DNA of 64,000 bases from Spirochaetota bacterium (GCA_963664815.2 CAXXHB010000003.1:832001-896000), one strand, 5' to 3'. Positions 29,198 through 38,810 are shown, counted from the first letter of the stretch. Notes: generated from the sequence alone by a model not told the origin. Numbers and translations: made by a program.

Positions 29198-29643
29198 ATC
29201 TGGCTTGAACCGGTTTTTTTTATACACAGAAAACCTCTGTACAGGGTGCGGGAGCGGTTGTAATGCGGATGAGGGCATTCAGACAAGCATCCCCGCTCAA
29301 CTCTGATACTTCCGGAATCGGGAGATTTAAAAGAAATTGAAAAAAATAAAATTTTTCAGTTTTATCCGGGCGAACACGTGGCGAACAGATGGCAAAGAAT
29401 TTGTATGAAGATATTTTACACTGTGTAGTGATGTCTTATATAACAATTTTAAAATGCTGAATTGTTATATAAGATAAAGGTATTTCAGCAAAAAGATTTA
29501 TACAGATATAGTTTTATGTGCAGTGTTATGCTGAATTTTTAATTTAATAAGGTTTTTATGTATATTCAGGTTTTACTGTTTGACAGGCAACGTCAGATAT
29601 GTCTGTAAATTGATATAGAAATAAAAATAATATCAGGAACCAA

Positions 29644-30354
29644 ATGCCTAAAAAAGAACCGGACTTAAAACCATCCAGAAAGACAAATACAAATGCCGCC
29701 AATATCGGCTTTGAAGAAAAGCTGTGGCTCGCTGCTGACAAGATGCGGAACAATATGGATCCCGCGGAGTACAAGCATACTGTGCCGGGACAGCTGTTTT
29801 ATTCAACAGGTATACCGGTATCGCTATGGTTTGTAAACCGCAACAAGGAGAACCCCAGGTTCAGAAGCAGAAAGGGAGAGACTCTGTTTATTGACGCACG
29901 GAAGATGGGGGCTCTGATTGACAGGGTTCACAGGGAGCTTTCTGATGAGGATATTAAGAGGATTGCGGGGGCGTATCATGCGTGGAGGGCTTCGACTCCG
30001 CTCAACCAGCGTAATGGAACTGAACAGTTAGTTTCGGCTCCGCTCAACCAGCGTAATGGAACTGAACAGTTAGTTTCGGCTCCGCTCAATGACCACGGAG
30101 CCGAAGGGTGCAGTTCGGACTACACTGATGTTCCCGGCTTCTGCAGGTCTGTTAAGATTGAAGAGATTCGGGAACATGAATATATTCTTACACCTGGCAG
30201 GTATGTTGGGATTGAAGAGAAGGCTGATGACGGGGAACCTTTTGAAGAGAAGATGCAGAGGCTCACAGAGGAGCTTGAGGAACAGTTTGTTAAGAGTGAG
30301 CATCTGGATAAGAGGATAAGGGAGAATTTGAAGGGGATTGGGTTTGAGGTGTGA
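29644..30354 (+). pseudogene. hsdM: Type I R-M methyltransferase HsdM with large in-frame internal deletion
   Basis: N-terminus (GFEEKLWLAADKMRNNMDPAEYKH) fused directly to C-terminal part (PGQLFYSTGIPVSLWF...LTPGRYVG...DGEPFEEKMQRL); no DPxCGSG SAM motif or NPPF motif. Confidence 0.88.
29990..30106 (+). repeat. In-frame 42-bp tandem repeat carrying REP-like TTCGRCTCCGCTCA
   Basis: Units start at 29991, 30033, 30075 (partial); closed by inverted CGGAGCCGAAG at 30096; encodes S(T/A)PLNQRNGTEQLV twice. Confidence 0.88.
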
Positions 30355-30403
30355 CCTACTACGTAATTGTAGATTGCTTTAGAGGGATATTATGGAGTGA
30401 TAA

Positions 30404-32797
30404 ATGGAAGATAAATTATATAATTATTTAAAAAAAGTATACAATGACCAGCTTAAAGAGAATAAACTTTTAAGACTTTTTATAACAACATGGAGTAGTT
30501 TGAAAACCTCATATGTTGAAACAGATCAATTAAAAGGTGCCGATTTATACAATATTGTTAATAAATTATATGAAGGATATATTCCACAAACATCTTTAAC
30601 CAAAGATGAAAGTAGTTTATTATTTCCTGATGAACAACTAAATTCAGCTAATGATTATAGATGTAAATATATTTTTCTAACAAATACTAGAGGAATCGGA
30701 GATTATAAAAATGAACAACCCTATGGTATCAGTTTATTAAAAGATAAAGCCATTCAGAATGCTGTAATCATTGGGCATAATGGCTCTGGCAAATCTTCAA
30801 TTTTTTCAGCAATGGAATATATTTATTGCAATGATCAAATCGGAGAAAAGTTATATCGAAATTATAAAGAAAGCAGTATAAGATATCTGGAAAATGAAAT
30901 AACAAAAAAAAGTTCAAATGTAGAGATTTCAACACCAAGTGGTATTTTTTCATTAAAGAACAAAATTTCAGATATTGAAGAAGTCTCAAATACAAATCCT
31001 TCAGTTTCATTCATAAGCGAGTATGATATACTTATTAATTCACAAATAGAAATTAATGATGACAGTTATACAATTGAGATAGCTAGAAAACTTGGATTTA
31101 TTGATTTTACAAATTTTAAAACTAATCTTGATGCAATAATAAAATACCAGTTTAATCGAAGTACTAAAAGTACTGATTATAAGAAAGCAGTTGATAAGTT
31201 AAAAACAATTGAAGCAAGTATTAACAGGATTACAAATGAAATAGAAACACTTAGTTCAAAAATTTCTTCATATACTCTTGATAATTATAATAATGATTTC
31301 TCTAAAAAGATAAATGAGATTGATGAATTGATTAATAAACAAATTAACTTACCTGATATTAATACAATTAAAAAGAATGGTGATGAATTTATAAAATTTT
31401 TTGAACAACTTAATCTAATTAAAAATAATACTCAGAGAACTTTAGAATCAGCAAAAGTCGATTTTCTACAACATGGTTTACAATTTCTTGAAGTTGAAAA
31501 AAACTGTCCATTCTGTTCAGATTCAAGAAAAGATTACCAGGTTATAAAGACTGAAGTAAATGAAACTATTATTTCATATAAAGATTATACAAAATTAAAT
31601 GAAGAAGTAAAGCAATACTTTGAAAATACAGTTCATAAACTTATTTACTTATTAGATTCTCTTAGAATAATTTTAGAAATATTTGATACGGAAATATATT
31701 TTCCAGTTAATGAAGAATTAAATGCACATTACAAAGTTTTATTAAACGATGTGAACACGATTATAGGAATAATACCTTATGATGAAATTTTGGAAGAATT
31801 ACATTCTATTAAAGGTAATGGCTTTATTGAAAATGATAGAAATAAATTATTAGATTTAATTCAACAATTTGGTGAAAACCTATTTGCTGAAAGTTATTAT
31901 GCTGAGATTAGAAATAAAATAAGCTCCAGAGATATTCTTTTAAAGGAAATCAAGGACGGTTTATTGAAAAAGTCTGCCGTGCGTGGATATGATGAAAAAA
32001 TAACTACTGAACTAGTTTTAAAACAAAAAAGAGATGAATATGATAATCTCTTAAAAGAAAAGGTAACTAATGAAGATAAAAAAAATATTGGTTTACGAGA
32101 TTTAGAAATTCATTCTGAGATTATTAAGGAAGCAAAAATATTATTAGAAGAAGTTGGTGCATATATTGATTCGATAGTTGAGGATAGAATTGAACCAATA
32201 AAAGAAGTTATTACTAATGCTATGGATGATTTTCTTGATGATGGTATGAAGCTAAGTATATCATTCAAAGATGTGGAGTATGGAGAATCTATTTCTAAAA
32301 AATTAGAAATTAAATTAAAATATAATAATACAGAAATTGATCCAAAAAAGTATTTCAATAATGCAAGATATAAAATGTTTGCTACTTCACTTGCTATAGG
32401 GATTGCTCTTGCTTCAAGAAGAAATACTAATATTAACCTGCCTCTTGTTATGGATGACGAATTCTTTGATTGTGATATAATTAAACGATCAGAATTTGAA
32501 ATATTTTTTTCAAAAATAATTGAATTATATTTTAAATTTTCACCTGATATGCCATTTCAATTTATAATATTTACCCACGACGAATTAATTTTCGAAAGTA
32601 CAGCCAAAGCTGTTGAAAATGCAAGTTGTGAAATTCAAAGAATGATACATGATAAAAAGATTGAATCCCATGAATATTGGAAAAATAATTTAAGAGACAA
32701 TACTATATTTGCTCGATTGTTTGATTACAAGGATAGTGATTCAACGGTTAAGATAGTAAATGATAATAAATACTGGGATCTTACAGTAGAATTATAA
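30404..32797 (+). CDS. SMC/Rad50-like ABC ATPase (RloC/AAA_13-like) with zinc hook
   Basis: Walker A GHNGSGKSS, coiled coils around CPFC, Walker B LVMDD, H-loop IIFTHD. Confidence 0.8.
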   Translation: MEDKLYNYLKKVYNDQLKENKLLRLFITTWSSLKTSYVETDQLKGADLYNIVNKLYEGYIPQTSLTKDESSLLFPDEQLNSANDYRCKYIFLTNTRGIGDYKNEQPYGISLLKDKAIQNAVIIGHNGSGKSSIFSAMEYIYCNDQIGEKLYRNYKESSIRYLENEITKKSSNVEISTPSGIFSLKNKISDIEEVSNTNPSVSFISEYDILINSQIEINDDSYTIEIARKLGFIDFTNFKTNLDAIIKYQFNRSTKSTDYKKAVDKLKTIEASINRITNEIETLSSKISSYTLDNYNNDFSKKINEIDELINKQINLPDINTIKKNGDEFIKFFEQLNLIKNNTQRTLESAKVDFLQHGLQFLEVEKNCPFCSDSRKDYQVIKTEVNETIISYKDYTKLNEEVKQYFENTVHKLIYLLDSLRIILEIFDTEIYFPVNEELNAHYKVLLNDVNTIIGIIPYDEILEELHSIKGNGFIENDRNKLLDLIQQFGENLFAESYYAEIRNKISSRDILLKEIKDGLLKKSAVRGYDEKITTELVLKQKRDEYDNLLKEKVTNEDKKNIGLRDLEIHSEIIKEAKILLEEVGAYIDSIVEDRIEPIKEVITNAMDDFLDDGMKLSISFKDVEYGESISKKLEIKLKYNNTEIDPKKYFNNARYKMFATSLAIGIALASRRNTNINLPLVMDDEFFDCDIIKRSEFEIFFSKIIELYFKFSPDMPFQFIIFTHDELIFESTAKAVENASCEIQRMIHDKKIESHEYWKNNLRDNTIFARLFDYKDSDSTVKIVNDNKYWDLTVEL

Positions 32798-32806
32798 GGA
32801 GATAGT

Positions 32807-33865
32807 ATGAATCTTGCAAATACTGAAATTGAGCAATCAGATACAGCAATAAAAAAAGGTAGGGATTGGAAAATAATCGGATTCTGGTATCTTATCATAA
32901 TTAATGCTATAATGCTATTAACTCTAGTTTTTTATTTTCAAATAAAAGTAAAAGATTGGGTCAGCGAAATCAAACCACAAATTAATGATCTTAATAATTC
33001 ATATATTGATTTATACTATAAATATTCACGTGTAGATGATATTGAAAAAAATCAACAGCAATTCTATGTGATGCAAAAAAAGGATTTAGAGGAGATTAAA
33101 TCGTTAATACTGTATATTAAAACTGATAATGATAAGATGTCTGAAAGAATTAGTCAAGAAACTTCAACCATAGTTGATAAGGTAAATTTATATGTTTCAA
33201 TAGCTGTAGTCTTATTAACACTTATAGGAATATTTATACCTCTTATAGTTCAAAATATGGGAAATCATCAGATTCAAGAGAAATATGATGAACTTAAAAA
33301 AGATTTTGGTGAAAAAAATAACAAAATTTCAAAGTTAGACAAACAATTAGTGAATTTATCTAAAAGTTATAAAGAGATTGATGCAAAGACGGAACATGTA
33401 GATGAACTTAATGAAAAAATAAAAGTGCAGGAAGTCACTGTAAGTGATATAGAAAACAATTTGAAACAACTTCCTCCTGTACGTATTATGTTTTACCTGC
33501 ATAAGGTTTTAGACCTCAATGATATTAGGTATTATTCACAATCAATGAAAACTACATACGAATATTTTTTAACAATTATTAATAGTATTAAGTGTGATAT
33601 TGAAAAATGTAAAGAAACTAAAGTTGCGAGTGATGATAGCGTTTTGTTGCAAAGTTTGAATTCTTTTATTATTGATTGTAAGTCAATCAAAGTTTATGGT
33701 TATACACGTTCTGCAATTACAATATTAAAATCATTGGAAGAAGCTTTTAGTATTTTTATTCAAAATGAGATAGTTGAAGATGAACAAAAATACAACTTAC
33801 TAATATTGTCTCTTGAAAATACTATTTCAAAATTAAATGAAGTCGTGTTTGATGATCTTTTATAA
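32807..33865 (+). CDS. Hypothetical 2-TM coiled-coil membrane protein
   Basis: Two hydrophobic helices (aa ~22-45 and ~128-148) followed by heptad-rich region; very AT-rich. Confidence 0.7.
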   Translation: MNLANTEIEQSDTAIKKGRDWKIIGFWYLIIINAIMLLTLVFYFQIKVKDWVSEIKPQINDLNNSYIDLYYKYSRVDDIEKNQQQFYVMQKKDLEEIKSLILYIKTDNDKMSERISQETSTIVDKVNLYVSIAVVLLTLIGIFIPLIVQNMGNHQIQEKYDELKKDFGEKNNKISKLDKQLVNLSKSYKEIDAKTEHVDELNEKIKVQEVTVSDIENNLKQLPPVRIMFYLHKVLDLNDIRYYSQSMKTTYEYFLTIINSIKCDIEKCKETKVASDDSVLLQSLNSFIIDCKSIKVYGYTRSAITILKSLEEAFSIFIQNEIVEDEQKYNLLILSLENTISKLNEVVFDDLL

Positions 33866-33989
33866 AATCAAGTTGTGATTAATAAAAGTTTAATTGGAGT
33901 TAATATGTTATTAAGATGTTGTAATATAATAGAAAAAGATAAATATATATAAAAAGCAAGTTGATTGAAATTGATTAAGGACTAAATTT

Positions 33990-34862
33990 ATGGATACAAT
34001 GTTAACACATGGAAATTATGGTTTCGCAAAAATGTATATATCAAATCTCCAGGGTGAAAACGGATTAGGTTTTTACAGGCTTATTATAAAAACAAAAATC
34101 TTTTGGAATGAACGACTTGATGAGATGCTTGTAAGACTTTCTGATTTAAATGGTGAATTATTTATAACATTTCCAAATGGTGATCGTAAATATGTAGGTC
34201 GTGTTCATTACCAATTATCTCAATCTGAACTAAAAAGTAAGACAAATTCATATGACGATTATTTAAATTTTGAAATAGAATTTGATAGAACTAGAATTGA
34301 AGCAATAGAAGATGGTCGAAAAGGATCTGATTTCAATTTCGAATTTAAAATGAAGGCAAGAGGTTTAATTCAAAATGACTCCAGATTAATTGAAGCAACA
34401 CTAAACTATCAAGTTAATCAAAGCGCATGGATTCAAGTACTAAGAGAGATGAATTATAAAAAAATGTTGTTACTTGAAATCCCTTTAGAAATGGATGATA
34501 ATTCAGAAACAATGAAGGATGTTGTTGGATATTTAAAAGAGGCTCAGAATTTTTTTGTAAATGGAAAGTATAGGGATTCTATTGGTTCATGCCGTGATGT
34601 ATTAGAATCATTAACTAATGTCATTGGTGATGAGAAACTACAATTGCCAGATGAAATTAAAACATTTTTTAATCATTCAAAAGATATGGATAAGTCTGAA
34701 CGAATTAAGATCTTACATCGGGCAATAAAAACGTTAACACATCCAGCACGTCATGTTGATGAGGTTTCTAAGAGCTTTGATTGGAATATGACTGATTCGA
34801 GATCAATTCTGGCTATGACTGCTTCTTTGATACAGATGAGTTTAGAAGATAATGTTAAATAA
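33990..34862 (+). CDS. Hypothetical protein with C-terminal HEPN-like domain
   Basis: Beta-rich N-terminus; C-terminal YLKEAQ...DSIGSCRDVLESL...LTHPARH helical pattern. Confidence 0.6.
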   Translation: MDTMLTHGNYGFAKMYISNLQGENGLGFYRLIIKTKIFWNERLDEMLVRLSDLNGELFITFPNGDRKYVGRVHYQLSQSELKSKTNSYDDYLNFEIEFDRTRIEAIEDGRKGSDFNFEFKMKARGLIQNDSRLIEATLNYQVNQSAWIQVLREMNYKKMLLLEIPLEMDDNSETMKDVVGYLKEAQNFFVNGKYRDSIGSCRDVLESLTNVIGDEKLQLPDEIKTFFNHSKDMDKSERIKILHRAIKTLTHPARHVDEVSKSFDWNMTDSRSILAMTASLIQMSLEDNVK

Positions 34863-36294
34863 AGATATGAATTGGAAAGAAATTGAACTAGATGAAGTTG
34901 GTGATATCGTAACAGGAAAAACACCATCCACAGGAGATATTGATAATTTTGGTAGGATTTATCCTTTCATAACACCAAAAGACATGACTGGCCAGAAATA
35001 CATCTTTGAAACTGAAAGATATCTTTCAGAGAAAGGGATGAAAGCGGTTAAGAATTGTTTAATAAATAAAAATGCAGTTTGTGTATCATGTATTGGTTCA
35101 GATATGGGTAAAGTTGTGATGGCAACAAAACCGAGTGTTACTAATCAACAATTAAATTCAATTAAGGTTAATAATAAATATAATCCAGATTTCATTTATT
35201 ACTCATTATATCAAATAAGTAAAGATTTAAGGAATGCCGCATTTCATTCGACAGCATTACCTATTTTAAATAAAACGCAATTCTCGAAATTTAGGATAAT
35301 GGAACCCCCTCTCCCTGAACAACGCGCAATAGCAGAAATCCTGTCATCCATTGACGACAAAATAAAATTGAACAACCAGATGAACCGAACCCTCGAAGCA
35401 ACAGCACAGGCCATATTCAAACAGTGGTTTGTAGACTTCGAGTTTCCCTTCGACTTCGCTCAGGGCAAGCTCTTCGACTTCGCTAGGGAGGACAAGCCAG
35501 TAACCCAGACTTCGGCTCCACGGTTGGTGAGCTTGTCGAACCACAGCCAACGTAGTGACACAAAAAAGAAGAGTTCAGATACACAACGCTCATTGAGCGG
35601 AGTCGAAATGAGCGAGTTCATGGCCGGCTACAAATCCTCCGGCGGTAAAATGATCGACAGCGAACTTGGACCGATACCGGAAGGGTGGAGAATAAAAACA
35701 TTATATGAATTTGGTGAATACATAAATGGGCTTGCATTTAAAACAGATGATTTTTGTGAACCAATTGAAGGGTTGGCAATAATAAAAATTGCTGAATTAA
35801 AAAATGGAATACAGTCAAGTACTCAATTTACAAAAAGAGTAGTGGATGAAAAGTATTATCTATATGATAAAGATATTCTGTTTAGCTGGTCAGGTAGTCC
35901 TAATACATCGATAGATATATTTATCTGGAGTTTGAATAAAGCAATCTTGAATCAGCATATTTTTAAAGTAGTACCAAACTCATCGGATGAGTATTCATTC
36001 TTGTTTTTATTACTAAAATATTTTAAACCAATATTTATTCAAATTGCCAGTCAAAAGCAAACTACAGGCTTAGGTCATGTTACTATTACTGATTTGAAAA
36101 GATTAAAATTTGTTTATCCGAATGAAGAGCTAATTAAATTTTTTAATGAAAGTGTTAATAATATATTATCCAAAATTTTTTATAACAATAAAGAGATCCA
36201 AACCCTCTCCACCCTCCGTGACTCTCTCCTCCCAAAACTGATGTCAGGGGAACTGCGTGTACCGGAAGAGATAGTAGCAGGATTTACAAAATAA
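34852..36294 (+). CDS. hsdS: Type I R-M specificity subunit HsdS (intact, with REP-derived linker insertion)
   Basis: Two TRDs, PPLPEQRAIAEILSSIDDKI, LEATAQAIFKQWFVDF, SELGPIPEGW, LRDSLLPKLMSGE. Confidence 0.93.
   Translation: MLNKDMNWKEIELDEVGDIVTGKTPSTGDIDNFGRIYPFITPKDMTGQKYIFETERYLSEKGMKAVKNCLINKNAVCVSCIGSDMGKVVMATKPSVTNQQLNSIKVNNKYNPDFIYYSLYQISKDLRNAAFHSTALPILNKTQFSKFRIMEPPLPEQRAIAEILSSIDDKIKLNNQMNRTLEATAQAIFKQWFVDFEFPFDFAQGKLFDFAREDKPVTQTSAPRLVSLSNHSQRSDTKKKSSDTQRSLSGVEMSEFMAGYKSSGGKMIDSELGPIPEGWRIKTLYEFGEYINGLAFKTDDFCEPIEGLAIIKIAELKNGIQSSTQFTKRVVDEKYYLYDKDILFSWSGSPNTSIDIFIWSLNKAILNQHIFKVVPNSSDEYSFLFLLLKYFKPIFIQIASQKQTTGLGHVTITDLKRLKFVYPNEELIKFFNESVNNILSKIFYNNKEIQTLSTLRDSLLPKLMSGELRVPEEIVAGFTK
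35446..35610. repeat. REP-like palindromic cluster inserted in frame in hsdS
   Basis: CTTCGACTTCGCTCAGG, CTTCGACTTCGCT, TTCGGCTCC, TGAGCTTGTCGAA, TGAGCGGAGTCGAA. Confidence 0.8.
36198..36285 (+). repeat. 88-bp direct repeat copy 1 (hsdS 3' end)
   Basis: Matches 37027-37114 with one difference. Confidence 0.92.
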
Positions 36295-36475
36295 GAATGG
36301 ATTTTGATCATGAAAAAAATCCTTGAAATATAAAAAAAATTGTTTAATATGATTCCCGTGAACATATTTATAAATAACAAACTATAAAGATACCCGGAGC
36401 TTCTGCTGATACCGAGTGTATTCCGAGGTTAATAAAAAGTGTTTTATTAAATTTAAATATCCCGGTGAAGTGAAT

Positions 36476-36745
36476 ATGCCAATTATCTCTATGTTTTACG
36501 GAATCATTGTACGTATGTTTAATCTCGACAACAGAAGACATCATCTTCCGCACATACATGTTGAGTATCAGGATTATCAGGCTGTTTTCAGCATTGATAA
36601 TGGTGAAATTCCTGAAGGGACTTTTCCGAATAAGCAGACTAAATTGGTTCAGGCATGGATAGAAATTCATAAAGATGAGTTAACAGCAGACTGGAAACTT
36701 GCAATTTCAGGTGAAAAGGTCTTTAAAATCAAACCGCTGGATTAG
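36476..36745 (+). CDS. DUF4160 family protein (putative toxin, DhiT-like)
   Basis: MPIISMFYGIIVRM...HHLPHIHV.Y...LVQAWIEIH..EL...W...I.PL. Confidence 0.85.
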   Translation: MPIISMFYGIIVRMFNLDNRRHHLPHIHVEYQDYQAVFSIDNGEIPEGTFPNKQTKLVQAWIEIHKDELTADWKLAISGEKVFKIKPLD

Positions 36746-36755
36746 GTGAATAAAA

Positions 36756-36977
36756 ATGGTAAAAGTTAAAAGTGTTAAACCGATGGAAAACTATAGATTG
36801 TATGTTGTGTTTGAAAATAATACAGAGAAAGTATGTGACATCAGACAGTTTTTGGATACAGGTTCCTTTAATGAGTTAAAGGACACTCAACTATTCAACC
36901 AGGTTAAAAATGCAGGTTATTCTGTTGAGTGGCCCAATGAACTTGATTTAAGCTCTGACACATTGTTGAGCCTTTGA
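36756..36977 (+). CDS. DUF2442 family protein (putative antitoxin)
   Basis: V..V.P..Y.L.V.F.N...F..LKD..LF..V...V.WPN.LDL..D.L. Confidence 0.85.
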   Translation: MVKVKSVKPMENYRLYVVFENNTEKVCDIRQFLDTGSFNELKDTQLFNQVKNAGYSVEWPNELDLSSDTLLSL

Positions 36978-37026
36978 TAAAGTTAACAGTTGCATAATAC
37001 AATTTCGTAAATAATATTTTTCAATC

Positions 37027-37114
37027 CCAAACCCTCTCCACCCTCCGTGACTCTCTCCTCCCCAAACTGATGTCAGGGGAACTGCGTGTACCGGAAGAGA
37101 TAGTAGCAGGATTT
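37027..37114 (+). repeat. 88-bp direct repeat copy 2 (orphan hsdS 3' end)
   Basis: Encodes QTLSTLRDSLLPKLMSGELRVPEEIVAGF, as in hsdS. Confidence 0.92.
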
Positions 37115-37245
37115 GAGGATTAAATGATTTTCAGGATATGAATTGATGAAGAGATGTAACCAGGAAAAGTTTTATTGAATGAAGTAAAATTTCAGGATAC
37201 ACATCCAGCTAATCCGAACATCATGTAAATCCTGATTCAGACGAT
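37106..37245. repeat. Palindromic element copy 1, upstream of GxxExxY
   Basis: 37130-37245 near-identical to 37684-37799; ends ATCC...AAATCCTGATTCAGAC. Confidence 0.88.
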
Positions 37246-37256
37246 GTGAAAATTAT

Positions 37257-37646
37257 ATGAACTTAAACGATATAACATATAAAATAATCGGGTGTGCAAT
37301 GAAAGTTCATAATACGCTCGGTAACGGATTTCAGGAAGTAATATACCAGAGGTGTCTGGCAATTGAACTTGAGAAGGCCGGGTTATCTTTTGAAAGAGAG
37401 AAAGATCAGGCGATATTTTATGAAGCTGTCCATGTAGGTACGCGCAGAGCAGATTTTATTGTTGAAGATAAAATTGTTGTAGAACTTAAAGCGCTGGTTA
37501 ATCTGGAAGATGTTCATCTGGCCCAGGCAAAAAACTATGTAGTTGCATATAATTTTAATGTCGGATTGCTTATAAATTTCGGAGCAGTAAGTTTGCAGTA
37601 TAAGAAAGTATTTAATAACTGTCCGAATCAGGATTTTCAGGATTAA
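37257..37646 (+). CDS. GxxExxY protein (PD-(D/E)xK nuclease fold)
   Basis: VHNTLGNGFQEVIYQ, RADFIVE..IVVELK, AQ..NY, GLLINFG. Confidence 0.93.
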   Translation: MNLNDITYKIIGCAMKVHNTLGNGFQEVIYQRCLAIELEKAGLSFEREKDQAIFYEAVHVGTRRADFIVEDKIVVELKALVNLEDVHLAQAKNYVVAYNFNVGLLINFGAVSLQYKKVFNNCPNQDFQD

Positions 37647-37799
37647 AGGATGTTCAGGATCAGTATTAAAGGATTAAAGGATGTTCAGGATAAGAATTGA
37701 TGAAGAGATGTAACCAGGAAAAGTTTTATTGAATGAAGTAAAATTTCAGGATACACATCCTGCTAATCCGAACATCCTGTAAATCCTGATTCAGACGAT
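37621..37799. repeat. Palindromic element copy 2 (complete, 40-bp imperfect terminal inverted repeats)
   Basis: Left arm GTCCGAATCAGGATTTTCAGGATTAAAGGATGTTCAGGAT; right arm ATCCTGCTAATCCGAACATCCTGTAAATCCTGATTCAGAC. Confidence 0.88.
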
Positions 37800-37841
37800 A
37801 TTAAGAGTGTATTAAACTCAAAGTAACATGGAGAAAACACT

Positions 37842-38810
37842 ATGATAAAAACATTAAAAATAAATAACTTCAAATCGATCCGGTCACTTTCTCTCGATTG
37901 TAAAAGAGTAAACCTTTTTATTGGCGAACCGAATACAGGTAAATCAAATATTCTTGAAGCATTTGGCTTGATAAACTATTTTAGTGATACAAATTTCAGA
38001 GAGCTAAAAGATTATGTAAGATTTGAGAATATACATAATCTCTTTTATGACAGCATTGTAGATGAACCTATTCAAGTTGTTATAGCGGATGATAAAGAAT
38101 ATGAAGTTAAGATAAAAAATTATGAAAATAGGTTTGATGTGTTTTTAACTGATTCAGCAAATGCTGTTTGCTCATTTGAAAGTAAGGGCAATTTTACAGG
38201 AAGTAGAACATATGGGAATAGAAAAGATATTTTATATTATAAATATAATAAAAATGCAGTTATAAGTCAGGGATTTTCTAATAAACTTGCAACACCTTCT
38301 GGTGATAATTTATTCATGACAGCTTATTCAACTAAAGAAAATCGTGAAATGATTTCAAATCTATTTAAATCATACGGGTTAAAAGCAATCTTTAAACCTC
38401 AGGATAACACAATTGAAATTCAGAAACAACAGGATGATGTTGCAGTATCATATCCTTACAGTATGACATCCGATACACTCCTTCGAATTATATTCTACAT
38501 GCTTGCAATAAAGTCAAATAAAGATGCAACCCTAGTATTTGAAGAGCCCGAAGCTCACGCATTCCCGTATTATACAAAACATCTCGGTGAAGTGATCGCT
38601 GCTGATACATCAAATCAGTATTTTATAGCGACACATAATCCATATCTACTTAATGCGATAGTTGAAAAAGCAAAAATCGAAGATGTCAATGTTGTAGCTG
38701 TTTACTATGAGGATTACCAGACAAAAATTAAACAGCTCTCTGAGATAGATATTGCAGACCTTCTTGAACAGGACCCGTTCCTTGCAATAGATCATTTTAC
38801 AGGCAAGTAG
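37842..38810 (+). CDS. ABC-type ATPase (AAA_15/AAA_21, OLD/AriA-like)
   Basis: IKTLKINNFKSI, GEPNTGKSNILEA, LVFEEPEAH, FIATHNPY. Confidence 0.88.
   Translation: MIKTLKINNFKSIRSLSLDCKRVNLFIGEPNTGKSNILEAFGLINYFSDTNFRELKDYVRFENIHNLFYDSIVDEPIQVVIADDKEYEVKIKNYENRFDVFLTDSANAVCSFESKGNFTGSRTYGNRKDILYYKYNKNAVISQGFSNKLATPSGDNLFMTAYSTKENREMISNLFKSYGLKAIFKPQDNTIEIQKQQDDVAVSYPYSMTSDTLLRIIFYMLAIKSNKDATLVFEEPEAHAFPYYTKHLGEVIAADTSNQYFIATHNPYLLNAIVEKAKIEDVNVVAVYYEDYQTKIKQLSEIDIADLLEQDPFLAIDHFTGK

Noticed and set aside
28777-29286. 169-aa minus-strand ORF
   Set aside because: Reads through repeat arrays and palindromes, overlaps the 28403 gene, and has no recognisable motifs
29991-30089. 42-bp tandem repeat as a CRISPR array
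   Set aside because: The intervening sequences are identical rather than unique spacers, the repeat lies in frame in hsdM, and no cas genes are present
34852-37114. Phase-variable hsdS shufflon
   Set aside because: The repeats are direct rather than inverted, there is no second TRD and no recombinase
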